Positions 54,916-64,000 of a stretch of 64,000 nucleotides of DNA are shown one piece after another. Made by a program: the position numbers and the translations under genes. Every line of letters begins with the position of its first letter. The first letter of the stretch is position 1. Source of the DNA: Minisyncoccota bacterium (GTDB lineage: Bacteria > Patescibacteriota > Minisyncoccia > JBAYJV01); NCBI GenBank assembly GCA_041664925.1, contig JBAYJV010000002.1, forward strand, positions 200,302 through 264,301. Reading direction: 5' to 3'. Below the pieces are notes generated by a model. That model was given only the letters and a program-made list of their open reading frames with translations, was not told the origin of the DNA and ran no database searches.

Positions 54916-55707
54916 ATGGCAAAAAAGGTCGGCAGGGATCCAGGAAGAACGGTAACTCAGAAAGTAAGGTTTCGTGTGTCAATTCTTACTAGGCCGACAC
55001 AATCTGATCCAATTCCCATTGAATGGGATGGTCAAGTTATCATTAAAAAATCTTGTGGAACACATTGTATATCAATTACCCTAGAACCAAATCCTAGCGA
55101 AATTGTTATGAAACTGGTCGCTGCAAGATTAAACCTGCTTGGCCATCTTCTTACTTCTAATTTTGAAGTCAAAAAACACGAACAAGAGTCATATTACATA
55201 ACAGGCACGTTTTATTTATCTACAAGTTTTAGGTTTTTTATTGATGCTTGTTATAGAACTTTCTGTGAAGAAATTCCTCAAACAAATAAATGGCCACATC
55301 ATTGGCTTGACTGGAACCCTCGCAATCTAAGCGTCGAGGAATTGCTTAGAAATGGATTGCCCCTCGCCAAAGATATCGAAGAAACATATCGCAAAGTAAC
55401 TTATGTTCTCTGCTTAAAAAGCTACATACAGGACAGCGCTGCTCCTCATCGCACAATTTCAAGACGGTGGAATCTTAATGCTCAGAACGATCAAGAATTG
55501 CAAGATGACCTTGGAAATGCTTTTGGAGTAAGAATAAAAAGTTATTGTAAAAGCGATGGAATAGCCTATTGTGGAGTCGAAATCCTTCCGGGAGATCCAA
55601 TGAGAATTATTCCTGAATTTTCCGGTTGGGCGTTAAGCGCAGGTTGGGATTGGGATAAGCTCCTTAAGGACAAAGAATTGATCCTTTGGAGAGTTGATCA
55701 AGAATAA
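54916..55707 (+). CDS. Hypothetical protein (leader-bearing paralog 2)
   Basis: SD AAGGAG; homologous 145-nt leader; N-terminal KVRFRVSIL; terminator 55721-55753. Confidence 0.5.
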   Translation: MAKKVGRDPGRTVTQKVRFRVSILTRPTQSDPIPIEWDGQVIIKKSCGTHCISITLEPNPSEIVMKLVAARLNLLGHLLTSNFEVKKHEQESYYITGTFYLSTSFRFFIDACYRTFCEEIPQTNKWPHHWLDWNPRNLSVEELLRNGLPLAKDIEETYRKVTYVLCLKSYIQDSAAPHRTISRRWNLNAQNDQELQDDLGNAFGVRIKSYCKSDGIAYCGVEILPGDPMRIIPEFSGWALSAGWDWDKLLKDKELILWRVDQE

Positions 55708-55766
55708 TCTTTAAACGTTACCCCGTACATAAGTTATGTGCGGGGATTTTTTTGTTTTAATCATAA

Positions 55767-55934
55767 ATTGACAGAAGTCCGACTTCTGTCAATTTTTATT
55801 GTCATTCTGACCCTGTACTGTATGGTACAGAGGAAGAATCTCAGAGAATACACAGGATCCTTCGTTGGTTCAATGGATTCGATAGGCTCACCACAGGCAA
55901 GTTCACCACAAGTCACACTCAGGATGACAATAAA
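55767..55934. mobile_element. MITE-like element, family 2 copy 2
   Basis: Palindrome TTGACAGAAGTCCGACTTCTGTCAA, TIR TTATTGTCATTCTGACC ... CTCAGGATGACAATAAA, core GAAGAATCTCAGAGAATACACAGGATCCTTC. Confidence 0.55.
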
Positions 55935-56124
55935 TATTTGTGTAGGTGTCCGACATCTACACAAAAATGGAAAAACCCCGCACCACATTAGGTGCGAGGT
56001 CCTCATGAAACTAATAACTCATTTTTTTAATAAAAAACTCGTTAAAGTTTCATGTGACTTGACAAACAGGTAAAATAGGAATAGAATGTTGCTAGATTAT
56101 TAATTTGACATTTTTGATACTTAT

Positions 56125-57912
56125 ATGAAGAAAATTATCACTTTTTTAAGTCTAATTGCGATTCTAGCAGGCGTCTTTTTGACAGTTGAAGCGATTAGGG
56201 GAACTATTACTACTCCTCAAAATCAAATCAACGAAGAAAGCGCTTATTCGGTTACAAGAAAAGATATCGCCCAAAAAATCACCCTAAGCGGTGAAGTCAA
56301 AGAAAGTGAAAGCCAGGCGAGCGATCAATCTTTTGATATTGCGGGAAAAATTGAAGATATCTTTGTTAAAGAAGGTGATGTTGTAAAAAAGAATGATGTT
56401 TTGGCAACTATTTCAGCCAACTCGACTCTTCTTGAAAAAGAAAGAGAATTGGCAAGAATAGCAGTTCAGCAAGCTCAAGCCAATCTTAATAAAGCCATTG
56501 CCACTCCCAGCACACAAGAAATTAAGTATTGGGATCAATCAGTTGTTGACGAAGCCAAAAATTATTTTAATCAAACTCGCGCCAATGGCGATGCAAAGAT
56601 TGCTCAAGCTCAAAATCAAGTTAATTCAATTCAAGATGAATTAAATCTTGTTAATAATACAATTGCAGGTGCTGGTCAAAATTATTCGAGCGATTCGACA
56701 TCGTTGAAATCATCAATTCAAGGAAGCTTGATTGCTAATTATTTCGTTTTAGATAAAGCCATGTGGGCTCATGATAGAATTCAGAAAATATATTTCCCAA
56801 ACAATGATCAAATTGGCCTTAGGGTAAGAGAAAAACAAACCGATGCTTTTGATAAATATTATGTAGCAAAATGGTATATGGACAATCAAATCTCAAAGAA
56901 TTTTCCAGCTCCAGATTGGGCAATCACTGACTGTTTAGAATACACAAAACAGGCTTTGGAAAAATTGTCTATCGCTTATCAAACAACCAACGAAGCTTTT
57001 AATGATGCTTTTTATGCCCCAAGATTGTTAGCAGAAGACAGAGACACTATTGATAATGCCCGAAGAGACATTACTAAAAGTTTAGCGTCAATCACAAATT
57101 CACAAGAACAATGGACTAATAGAAATGGTGTCTCCTTAGATAATTCTTCTAAAAGCGATCTTATTCAAAGAAAAACAGCTCTGGAAAATTCTCTTAGAGA
57201 TGCCACAAATAATTTAAATCAAGTTAAATCTCAGGCCCAAGAAGCGCTAAACAAAGCCGATGCGAATCTCAAGGATTCTTATATTAGAGCGTTAAAAACT
57301 AAGACTATCAATAATCCAAAAAATACAGCATCTCTTGAAACAATCTTAAAACAAGCTCAAGAAAAATATAATCAACTTTTATCAGAAAAGACTTCAACTA
57401 TTAAACTTTATGCTAATATTGACGGTATCGTGTCTGATGTTTTGACTACTAAAGGAACATGGATTCAGGCAAAATCTCCAATTATAAAAATAGGCCAAAA
57501 AGGCGGATTGACCATAGAATCCGATTTGCAAGATAAGGATGTCAATCTTTCCGATGAAGTTTCTATCAGTTCTGAAAAGTATGAAGGCATCACATGGAAG
57601 GGGATTGTGATAAATATTACTGATGGAAAAGCGACAATTAGTTTTTCTGATTGCATTAATGATGATGCCGTTTGTTCCAATAAATTGTCTTCTGGAGATG
57701 TTGTTAGTCTTGAAATAAAAATAAAGGAAAAGAAAAATGCCGTTGTGGTTCCAAAAAATTATATTATTGAAAAAGAAGGTAAATCCTTTGTTCAAACAAA
57801 ATTAGACAAAGAAATCGTTTTAAGAGAAATAAGAACAGGGATTGTTAATGGAGAATATATTGAAGCTCTTGAAGGTGTTAGTGAAGGAGATATAATTTAT
57901 CTTCAAAAATAA
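56125..57912 (+). CDS. HlyD-family membrane-fusion (periplasmic adaptor) protein, orphan
   Basis: N-terminal TM, long coiled-coil Q/N/A-rich middle, C-terminal beta-barrel/lipoyl-like VVPKNYII...GEYIEALEGVSEGDII. Confidence 0.6.
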   Translation: MKKIITFLSLIAILAGVFLTVEAIRGTITTPQNQINEESAYSVTRKDIAQKITLSGEVKESESQASDQSFDIAGKIEDIFVKEGDVVKKNDVLATISANSTLLEKERELARIAVQQAQANLNKAIATPSTQEIKYWDQSVVDEAKNYFNQTRANGDAKIAQAQNQVNSIQDELNLVNNTIAGAGQNYSSDSTSLKSSIQGSLIANYFVLDKAMWAHDRIQKIYFPNNDQIGLRVREKQTDAFDKYYVAKWYMDNQISKNFPAPDWAITDCLEYTKQALEKLSIAYQTTNEAFNDAFYAPRLLAEDRDTIDNARRDITKSLASITNSQEQWTNRNGVSLDNSSKSDLIQRKTALENSLRDATNNLNQVKSQAQEALNKADANLKDSYIRALKTKTINNPKNTASLETILKQAQEKYNQLLSEKTSTIKLYANIDGIVSDVLTTKGTWIQAKSPIIKIGQKGGLTIESDLQDKDVNLSDEVSISSEKYEGITWKGIVINITDGKATISFSDCINDDAVCSNKLSSGDVVSLEIKIKEKKNAVVVPKNYIIEKEGKSFVQTKLDKEIVLREIRTGIVNGEYIEALEGVSEGDIIYLQK

Positions 57913-57989
57913 ATAAAATTATTTATTAATAACTTGAAAAAATCCTGTCTCCTGTAGGCAGGATTTTTGTTTGTGTCTTGATTTAGTGT

Positions 57990-58451
57990 TTGAGAAAATT
58001 ATATAATATAGTTATGAATCCAGAAATTACAATTAAAGATGTTTCCAAGGATCGAGTGATTTGCGTTCAAGGTGAAGTTTTTTCGGAATCAAAAGCGATG
58101 AATCTGGTTAATCAGATTTTGGTTTGGCTGATCGAAAAAGGCTTGGCGATTTCTGATCTGCCAGTTGTTGTTGTCAATAAGGATAGGAGTTTTGAAGTCG
58201 GTGTTCCCATAAAAGAAGCTCGTATTCAAGAAACAAAAGAATATAAAATCAAGCAATTAGAAGCTCATCGCATGGGTTCTTTTTTTCACAGAGAGACAGA
58301 AAAGCCGTTATCGTTGTCTGAAGATTTTCTTAAAAAACAATTGCAATATGAAGGTTTCCAAATTCTCGAACCACATCGCTATGTCTTGCATCCCAACCCT
58401 GAAAAACCAGAAATACCTTTAGTGGAAATACAGATACCGATACATAAGTAA
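57990..58451 (+). CDS. Hypothetical protein (possible GyrI-like effector-binding domain)
   Basis: Weak resemblance to the GyrI-like fold; probable true start MNPEITIKD at 58014. Confidence 0.35.
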   Translation: MRKLYNIVMNPEITIKDVSKDRVICVQGEVFSESKAMNLVNQILVWLIEKGLAISDLPVVVVNKDRSFEVGVPIKEARIQETKEYKIKQLEAHRMGSFFHRETEKPLSLSEDFLKKQLQYEGFQILEPHRYVLHPNPEKPEIPLVEIQIPIHK

Positions 58452-58541
58452 TGCAAATTAAAAATTTAAAGTGAAAAATGAAAAATGATTGAAGCTGCAA
58501 GAGCAGCTCTTTTTAATTGACAAAGATAGCTCTATGCTGTA

Positions 58542-59032
58542 AAATGTTAGAGCTTAGAAATGAATGGTCTTCTCCGGCTTTGCTGGTGAGGAAAGTCCGA
58601 ACACCGCCAATTTTGTCTTTGAGTGATAGCGAAAAGAAACAAAATTGAGCGTCTCGCCATAGTTCCGGTTCACCGGAACGTAGGCGGACACCCGCCTTTG
58701 TCTTACAGACTTCGGCGAGGTCTCGATTCTGTATCTTCGCTGCGCTTCAGACAGAATTGGAAATGGACAGTGGCTAACGGCCACCGCCCCGGCTTGCCGG
58801 GGTAGGGAAAGTACCACAGAAACAATACATCCGCCCTCGGGTGGATAGGTGAAAAGTGAGGTTTAATAAATCTCTCGACACATAAGTGATTATGCGTTGC
58901 GGCAAACCCTGTCCGGTGCAACCCCGGTATAACCGGGGGCTTGATTCATAGTAATGTGAATCAGAGGCTCTGTCGCAAGACAGGCTCTAGATAAATGACC
59001 AATAAACAGAATTCGGCTTATCATTTTTGAGC
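58542..59032 (+). ncRNA. rnpB: RNase P RNA (bacterial, with lineage-specific insertions)
   Basis: P4 strands GAGGAAAGTCCG (58587-58598) and ACAGAATTCGGCTTA (59006-59020). P1 pairing GCTTAGAAATGA / TCATTTTTGAGC. Promoter TTGACA-N17-TAAAAT at 58507-58535. Confidence 0.8.
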
Positions 59033-59077
59033 AAAATAACAAAAAGATCTCGCAAAACCTGCGGGATTTTTTTGCAT

Positions 59078-59219
59078 CGTCATTCTGGCGTCACGACAAA
59101 ATCAAAGAGAAAAGAGTTCTATGTTTGCATGTCATTCTGAATGGTTCGATAAACTCACTATAAATTCCATGAAGAATCTCGAGATCCTTCGGTCGCCTAA
59201 GGCGACCTCAGAATGACAT
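59078..59219. mobile_element. MITE-like element, family 2 copy 3 (with extra partial left end)
   Basis: Perfect TIR ATGTCATTCTGA ... TCAGAATGACAT (59129-59219), core ATAAACTCACTATAAATTCCATGAAGAATCTCGAGATCCTTCGG, and an additional CGTCATTCTGG at 59078. Confidence 0.55.
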
Positions 59220-59369
59220 AGAAAAGATCTATGCTGATATTAGACAAAATATTATTTGACAAAAAATAAATAATACTATAAGATACAATCAGTTCCTTAA
59301 AAAAGGAGCACTTAGCCCAGCGCCCGGCCGGCTAAAAATAGGTGGGGCAAGAATACTAAGGAGGTTGGC

Positions 59370-60371
59370 ATGACAGCCAACGAGAGAAAAGGGGAAAGAA
59401 AAAGGTGGCAAGAGGATCGAGAAAAGTATTGGCCTCTTGATAGGTATGAAAGTTTTACATCTTGGGATGATGTTTTAGAGAATTTTGACCCAAACAAAAT
59501 AGGCATGGAAGCAGCTATGGGCATTCTCCATGGAATGGCTCGCTTGCCTATATTGCCTGATCGATTTGGACCCAATATTGAAGCATCCTTTAGAAGACTA
59601 GCTTTCTATCTCCATTGTGCTGAATACGGAGGAGAAGGATTATCTGCAATCCATGGCGGATTCGTTCCAGAATACTATTTAAGATCCATGGCTTATGATC
59701 GTCTTGTCTCTTCACCAAGCATTATGCTTCACAATGATTTGTTGAGATACAGTACTAGTCCTAGTCCGCTTATAGGAGAAAATCTTGAGATTTACAAGGA
59801 TTTTGTTGAGCTTCTACACTTGACTCTTGATTTCTTTTCAAGACCAGGAAACCGACCTGTAAAACCGAAACACAAGAAAGATATTGCTTCTTTCTTTCGA
59901 GAAGTTCTTGGTTTGGATCTTGAACATAGCAATCTCCGACAAGAACTTAGAATATCTTCTGCTGAGCTCGATAAAAATGCCACAGAAATCAGAGAAAAAG
60001 CGATTAAGGCAACGGTTAATTGCCGTCTCTACGAGTTAATTGTAGAGAAAAAGCTTTTTGAAGCGCTAGATTCTTTGCTTCAATCGGCTTTCCGAGAAGA
60101 AGAGATGGGATTTTCTCAAAACGCTATAAGTTTCATAATGGCCATTCCTCCTGAGAAAAGAAAAGAATTTGCAAGTATGCTTTCTAAGATTAAAATCGAA
60201 GTTGATTCTGCCTCAAGTGCTTGGCTTGCACTCTGGGCAATGAAGAATGCACCAGAAGAGGAGACTCATCGTCATCACAGACAAATGACCATAGAAGATG
60301 GTTCTCCAAGTTTCCGTCCAGACATAGATACTTCTCGTGAAATTGAAAATACTGGAGGAAGCGATAGTTAA
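59370..60371 (+). CDS. Hypothetical protein
   Basis: SD AAGGAGG; promoter TTGACA at 59256; terminator 60381-60411. Confidence 0.5.
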   Translation: MTANERKGERKRWQEDREKYWPLDRYESFTSWDDVLENFDPNKIGMEAAMGILHGMARLPILPDRFGPNIEASFRRLAFYLHCAEYGGEGLSAIHGGFVPEYYLRSMAYDRLVSSPSIMLHNDLLRYSTSPSPLIGENLEIYKDFVELLHLTLDFFSRPGNRPVKPKHKKDIASFFREVLGLDLEHSNLRQELRISSAELDKNATEIREKAIKATVNCRLYELIVEKKLFEALDSLLQSAFREEEMGFSQNAISFIMAIPPEKRKEFASMLSKIKIEVDSASSAWLALWAMKNAPEEETHRHHRQMTIEDGSPSFRPDIDTSREIENTGGSDS

Positions 60372-60380
60372 GTAATCTTT

Positions 60381-60411
60381 CCCGCACTCAGCGTAGTGCG
60401 GGATTTTTTTG
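60381..60411 (+). terminator. Intrinsic terminator after 59370 gene
   Basis: CCCGCACT-CAGCGT-AGTGCGGG + T7. Confidence 0.65.
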
Positions 60412-60423
60412 TCATCATTACTA

Positions 60424-60452
60424 TTGACAAAGACAGTTTTATGCGGTAAAAT
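60424..60452 (+). promoter_or_regulatory. Promoter of the WbaP-like gene, near-identical to the rnpB promoter
   Basis: TTGACAAAGACAGTTTTATGCGGTAAAAT versus rnpB TTGACAAAGATAGCTCTATGCTGTAAAAT. Confidence 0.5.
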
Positions 60453-60525
60453 AGGGAAGTGTAAAAATGGTTATATAAATGCTAAAATCTTTAGAATGTA
60501 TTGGAAAAAGTTATTAATTTTTTAA

Positions 60526-61917
60526 ATGAAAAGTTCAAATTTTATATATAGCGCACTAAAAATTCCGATTGATTTTGTAATGATTCTTTTGGCAGGCATT
60601 ACTGCTTACTTTTTGCGTTTTGCGCCGATTTTCACAAAAATCAAGCCGATTCTTTTCAATTTAACAATTGAAACCTATTTGCCATATCTTGTTTTTGGAA
60701 CTGTTTTCACCCTTTTGGTTTTTGCTTTTGCCGGTCTATATCAAGCAAAGCCATTGCGCGTTATTGAAGAATTTTTCAGAATTACCGTTGCTACCGCAGC
60801 CTCTCTTTTGGTGATTAACTTTTCCGCCTATTTGAGCCAGATTTTCTTTGAATCTCGTTTTATATTTATTGGTACTTGGATTTTAGGCGTGCTATTTGTC
60901 GTTCTTGGCAGAAGCGGATTGAAATTTACCAGACACCATTTGGCAAAAAAATATAAAATCGGCCTTAACCGAGTCGTAATTATCGGCGACAATGATATTA
61001 CTCAGGAAATTAAAAATTATATAAAGAAAAATCTTGCTTTAGGCTATCAGATCGTCAAAACTTTTAAAAAGGTTGATTTAAAAAAATTAGAAAAAGAAAT
61101 CAATAAAGATAATGTTGATGATTTAATTCTTGCCAATTCTCATCCTTCACGTAAACAGATCATGGAACTTTTTAATCTTTGTTCTCAAAAATCGATCACG
61201 TTTCGTTTCGCCCCAACAAATTTTCAGGCGTTGACTGCAGGGCTTGAAATGGAAACATTAGGAGGATTACCACTGCTTGAAGCAAAAAGAACGCCAATCG
61301 AGGGTTGGCGCAGAGTTACTAAGAGAATTTTCGATCTTATTTTTGGAAGCATTCTTTTAATATTATTAAGTCCATTATTCCTTGTTGTGTCAATGCTTAT
61401 TAAGTGGGATTCTGAAGGGTCAATTTTTGCCCGCATGCCTCATCGTGTTGGCAGGGGAGAGGAAGTTTTTTTCATGTATAAATTCAGGTCAATGATTAAG
61501 AATGCTTATAAACTTAAGGATGAGCTAATGAAATTCAATGAGCGCGAAAATGGCAAGGGACCATTATTTAAAATGAAAAATGATCCAAGAGTGACTAGGA
61601 TAGGGAGATTTTTAAGAAAGTTTAGAATTGATGAATTTCCTCAATTAATTAATGTTGTCAAAGGAGAAATGAGCCTTGTCGGTCCAAGAGCGCATGAAAT
61701 TGAAGAAGTCGCTTTGTACCGCAAAGCCTATAAAGCAGTCTTAGTTATCAAGCCTGGTATTACAGGATTAGCTCAGATTAGCGGATCATCAGACCTTCCT
61801 TTTCATGAAGAAAACAAGCTTGATTTATATTACATTGAGCATTGGTCTTTGTGGCTTGATATAAAAATTTTAATAAAAACTTTTGTCTTCATATTTATTG
61901 ATCGATCAGCGTGCTAA
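60526..61917 (+). CDS. Undecaprenyl-phosphate sugar phosphotransferase (WbaP/bacterial sugar transferase family)
   Basis: Four N-terminal TMs, C-terminal catalytic domain FDLIFGSILL...YKFRSM...DEFPQLINVVKGEMSLVGPR. Confidence 0.85.
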   Translation: MKSSNFIYSALKIPIDFVMILLAGITAYFLRFAPIFTKIKPILFNLTIETYLPYLVFGTVFTLLVFAFAGLYQAKPLRVIEEFFRITVATAASLLVINFSAYLSQIFFESRFIFIGTWILGVLFVVLGRSGLKFTRHHLAKKYKIGLNRVVIIGDNDITQEIKNYIKKNLALGYQIVKTFKKVDLKKLEKEINKDNVDDLILANSHPSRKQIMELFNLCSQKSITFRFAPTNFQALTAGLEMETLGGLPLLEAKRTPIEGWRRVTKRIFDLIFGSILLILLSPLFLVVSMLIKWDSEGSIFARMPHRVGRGEEVFFMYKFRSMIKNAYKLKDELMKFNERENGKGPLFKMKNDPRVTRIGRFLRKFRIDEFPQLINVVKGEMSLVGPRAHEIEEVALYRKAYKAVLVIKPGITGLAQISGSSDLPFHEENKLDLYYIEHWSLWLDIKILIKTFVFIFIDRSAC

Positions 61918-61999
61918 TCGAAGTCCCTAATAAGTAGACAAAAAAAGAAAAATGAGTAAGCTATAAAGTGAACTCATTTTTTGTTTTCATATTATATAA

Positions 62000-63115
62000 A
62001 TGAAAGTCGCTTTGTTTCATGATTATTTAGTCCAATATGGAGGCGCTGAGCGTGTATTGGAAAAGCTTATGGAGCTTTATCCAAGCGCGCCCATTTATAC
62101 TCTTTTATATGATCCTGATTCTTTAGCGCCGGATTTTCAGAAATTACTTCAAAAAAGAAAGATTATAACTTCGTCGCTTCAAAGATTTCCTTTTTCCAAA
62201 AAACGCCATAGGCTTTATCCGCTTTTTATGCCTTATATGGTGGAGCAGTTTGATTTTTCAGAGTTTGATATAGTCATCTCAGATACGACCGGTTTTGGAA
62301 AAGGATTGATTCTAAAACCGCAGACGCTTCATGTTTGTTATTGCCACACTCCGCTCAGGTATGCTTGGGATGATTCTCAAAGATACATTAAAGAATACCG
62401 ACATTTTTTTCTCCTGCGACCGTTTGTTAGATTGGGTGTTCATTATTTAAGAATTTGGGATAGGCAGGCAGCCCAGAGAGTTGATTTGTTTTTAACCAAC
62501 TCTGAATTTGTTAGAAAGCGCATTCAGAAATATTACAGAAGAGATGCTAAGGTTATATACCCACCCGTTGAAACTGAAAAGTTAGCGCCATCAAAAAAAA
62601 TCAAAAACTACTATTTGTTAGTAAATAGACTATTGCCTTATAAAAAAACAGAAATCGCCATTAAAGCTTTTAATGAACTTGGATTGCCTTTAATTATTAT
62701 CGGAAGAGGACCAGAACTGAGAGCTCTTAAAAAAAGCGCGAAAAAAAATATTATGTTTTTGGGGAATATTTACGGCGATAATTTGAAAAAAATATATTCC
62801 AGTTGCAAGGCGTTTATTTTCCCCCAAGAAGAAGATTTTGGTATTGCTCCGGTTGAAGTTATGGCTTCCGGCAGACCGGTAATTGCTTATAAGGGTGGTG
62901 GCGCTCTTGAAACGATTAAAGATAGAGTCAATGGTATCTTTTTTAAAGATCAGACTTCAGAAAGCTTGGTGGGAGCCATAAGAAAATTTGAAAAAATGAC
63001 ATTTTCCTGGCAAGATATTATAAAATCAGTAAAAAGATTTGACGAATCAGTTTTTAAAAAAGAAGTGAAAAAATTCGTAAAAGAAGAATGGAAAAAATTT
63101 ATTAAACAGTGGTAA
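62000..63115 (+). CDS. GT4-family glycosyltransferase
   Basis: EDFGIAPVEVMASGRPVIAY (E-x7-E motif region). Confidence 0.8.
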   Translation: MKVALFHDYLVQYGGAERVLEKLMELYPSAPIYTLLYDPDSLAPDFQKLLQKRKIITSSLQRFPFSKKRHRLYPLFMPYMVEQFDFSEFDIVISDTTGFGKGLILKPQTLHVCYCHTPLRYAWDDSQRYIKEYRHFFLLRPFVRLGVHYLRIWDRQAAQRVDLFLTNSEFVRKRIQKYYRRDAKVIYPPVETEKLAPSKKIKNYYLLVNRLLPYKKTEIAIKAFNELGLPLIIIGRGPELRALKKSAKKNIMFLGNIYGDNLKKIYSSCKAFIFPQEEDFGIAPVEVMASGRPVIAYKGGGALETIKDRVNGIFFKDQTSESLVGAIRKFEKMTFSWQDIIKSVKRFDESVFKKEVKKFVKEEWKKFIKQW

Positions 63116-63726
63116 TCATGGAACTAAAAGAAATTTTTAAAATTATTCAAAAAGAGTGGAAATTAATTTGTGGCATTGTTTTTGCATTATTAATTTTGGC
63201 TGTTTTGGTTTTGGCAACACAAAAAGAAAGATACGAAGTAAATTTTTCTCTTTTAATTTCCCAATCGCAAACCCAAAAAACAAGTGAATTTAAATATGAT
63301 ACTTACTATGCACTTGAAGCAAAAGATAAAATAGGAGATTATGTTGTCGCTTTTTTGAAATCTCCGGAAAACGTCAGTGCTATCCTTGAAAAAGCCCAGT
63401 TTAAATATTCAAAACTTAGGATTTATGATTTGCGAACATTTTTCAGGCCATATAAGGCATCGGCTCAAAGCATTGGTGTAATTTTTTATTTGAAAAATCC
63501 CGAATTTGCAAAAAACATCACAAACGGTTTGCTGGAAATAGTGAATAGTAACTTAGAAAAAACTTATATCCCCAAAGAAGATGATACAAGATTTGAAATA
63601 AAATCAACCAATCCATTAGTTTCTCTTCAAAAAACAAGAACGGTTTTAACGCTTATAATTGTTCTTGTGGTTGGTTCATTATTTTCAATTCTTATCGCTC
63701 TCTTTAAAAATTATCTTTCTTTATAG
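63109..63726 (+). CDS. Possible polysaccharide chain-length determinant (Wzz-like) protein
   Basis: TM helices at both termini flank a soluble domain; adjacent to sugar transferase and GT4. Confidence 0.35.
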   Translation: MVIMELKEIFKIIQKEWKLICGIVFALLILAVLVLATQKERYEVNFSLLISQSQTQKTSEFKYDTYYALEAKDKIGDYVVAFLKSPENVSAILEKAQFKYSKLRIYDLRTFFRPYKASAQSIGVIFYLKNPEFAKNITNGLLEIVNSNLEKTYIPKEDDTRFEIKSTNPLVSLQKTRTVLTLIIVLVVGSLFSILIALFKNYLSL

Positions 63727-63810
63727 AACAAGGTTTGTACTTTAAAAATCTTGACAAAGAAGAAATATAGATTATAATTATGACAGTTCTTCAAAAGTCA
63801 AGGAGGAATA

Positions 63811-64000
63811 ATGTCCTTTGAAAAGGGCCAAAAAACCACAGAAGCAGAAATCAAAAAGGCCGGATTTAAACTAAGACAAGGTTCCATGATTAAAATCTTC
63901 ACAAGAAAAACAGGAAAGAAAATCAAAGACGAAGATTCTGGAAATATGGTACCTGAAGTAGAAATGATTATGTATAGCACACGTAGTCAAAGAATCTTTC
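63811..64000 (+). CDS. Hypothetical protein (5' partial in window)
   Basis: SD AAGGAGG; promoter TTGACA-N16-TATAAT at 63745-63775; runs off the window end. Confidence 0.3.
   Translation, partial: MSFEKGQKTTEAEIKKAGFKLRQGSMIKIFTRKTGKKIKDEDSGNMVPEVEMIMYSTRSQRIF

Noticed and set aside
56059-56125. Leaderless-mRNA promoter for the HlyD-like gene (TTGACA 14 nt upstream of ATG)
   Set aside because: No acceptable -10 hexamer at proper spacing; the TSS cannot be inferred from sequence alone.
58554-58921. ORF-track entries 58554-58817(-), 58623-58805(+), 58703-58921(-)
   Set aside because: They lie entirely inside RNase P RNA (P4 motifs present); their GC-driven open frames are spurious.

Overview
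This is a low-GC (about 35%) bacterial chromosome segment with dense coding, near-consensus TTGACA-N16/17-TATAAT promoters, and many genes that have no Shine-Dalgarno sequence. Gene content and divergence suggest an uncultivated small-genome lineage, possibly a CPR/Patescibacteria-like organism; that placement is an inference.

The housekeeping backbone includes dnaG-rpoD, tmk, trpS, fmt, ftsQ-like, htrA, a LysM-M23 peptidase, an Elp3-like radical-SAM/GNAT enzyme, ahcY, tgt, tdk, glycerate kinase, ppsA, eno, an iscS-iscU-fdx cluster followed by an AmmeMemoRadiSam trio, RNase P RNA (rnpB, 58542-59032), and the start of a polysaccharide locus (WbaP-like transferase, GT4, Wzz-like).

Accessory and unusual content:
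- A BcgI-like Type IIB restriction-modification pair (5020-7843).
- A promoter-delimited island (43458-46560) encoding an unknown protein, a GIY-YIG nuclease plus LexA-DBD-only pair with an inverted repeat over the start codon, a NYN RNase and a high-GC orphan.
- Two promoter-leader-gene units (53746-55707) with homologous structured leaders of about 150 nt, flanked by MITE-like repeats.
- Two MITE-like repeat families, REP-like palindrome families, and a tandem array of tiny two-TM proteins with 45-bp identical 3' ends (17029-18063).
- Four promoter/terminator-bounded GC-rich non-coding transcripts (20649-21178, 25837-26110, 26636-26778).
- A foreign high-GC segment (11375-12413).

No CRISPR array or tRNA was detected.
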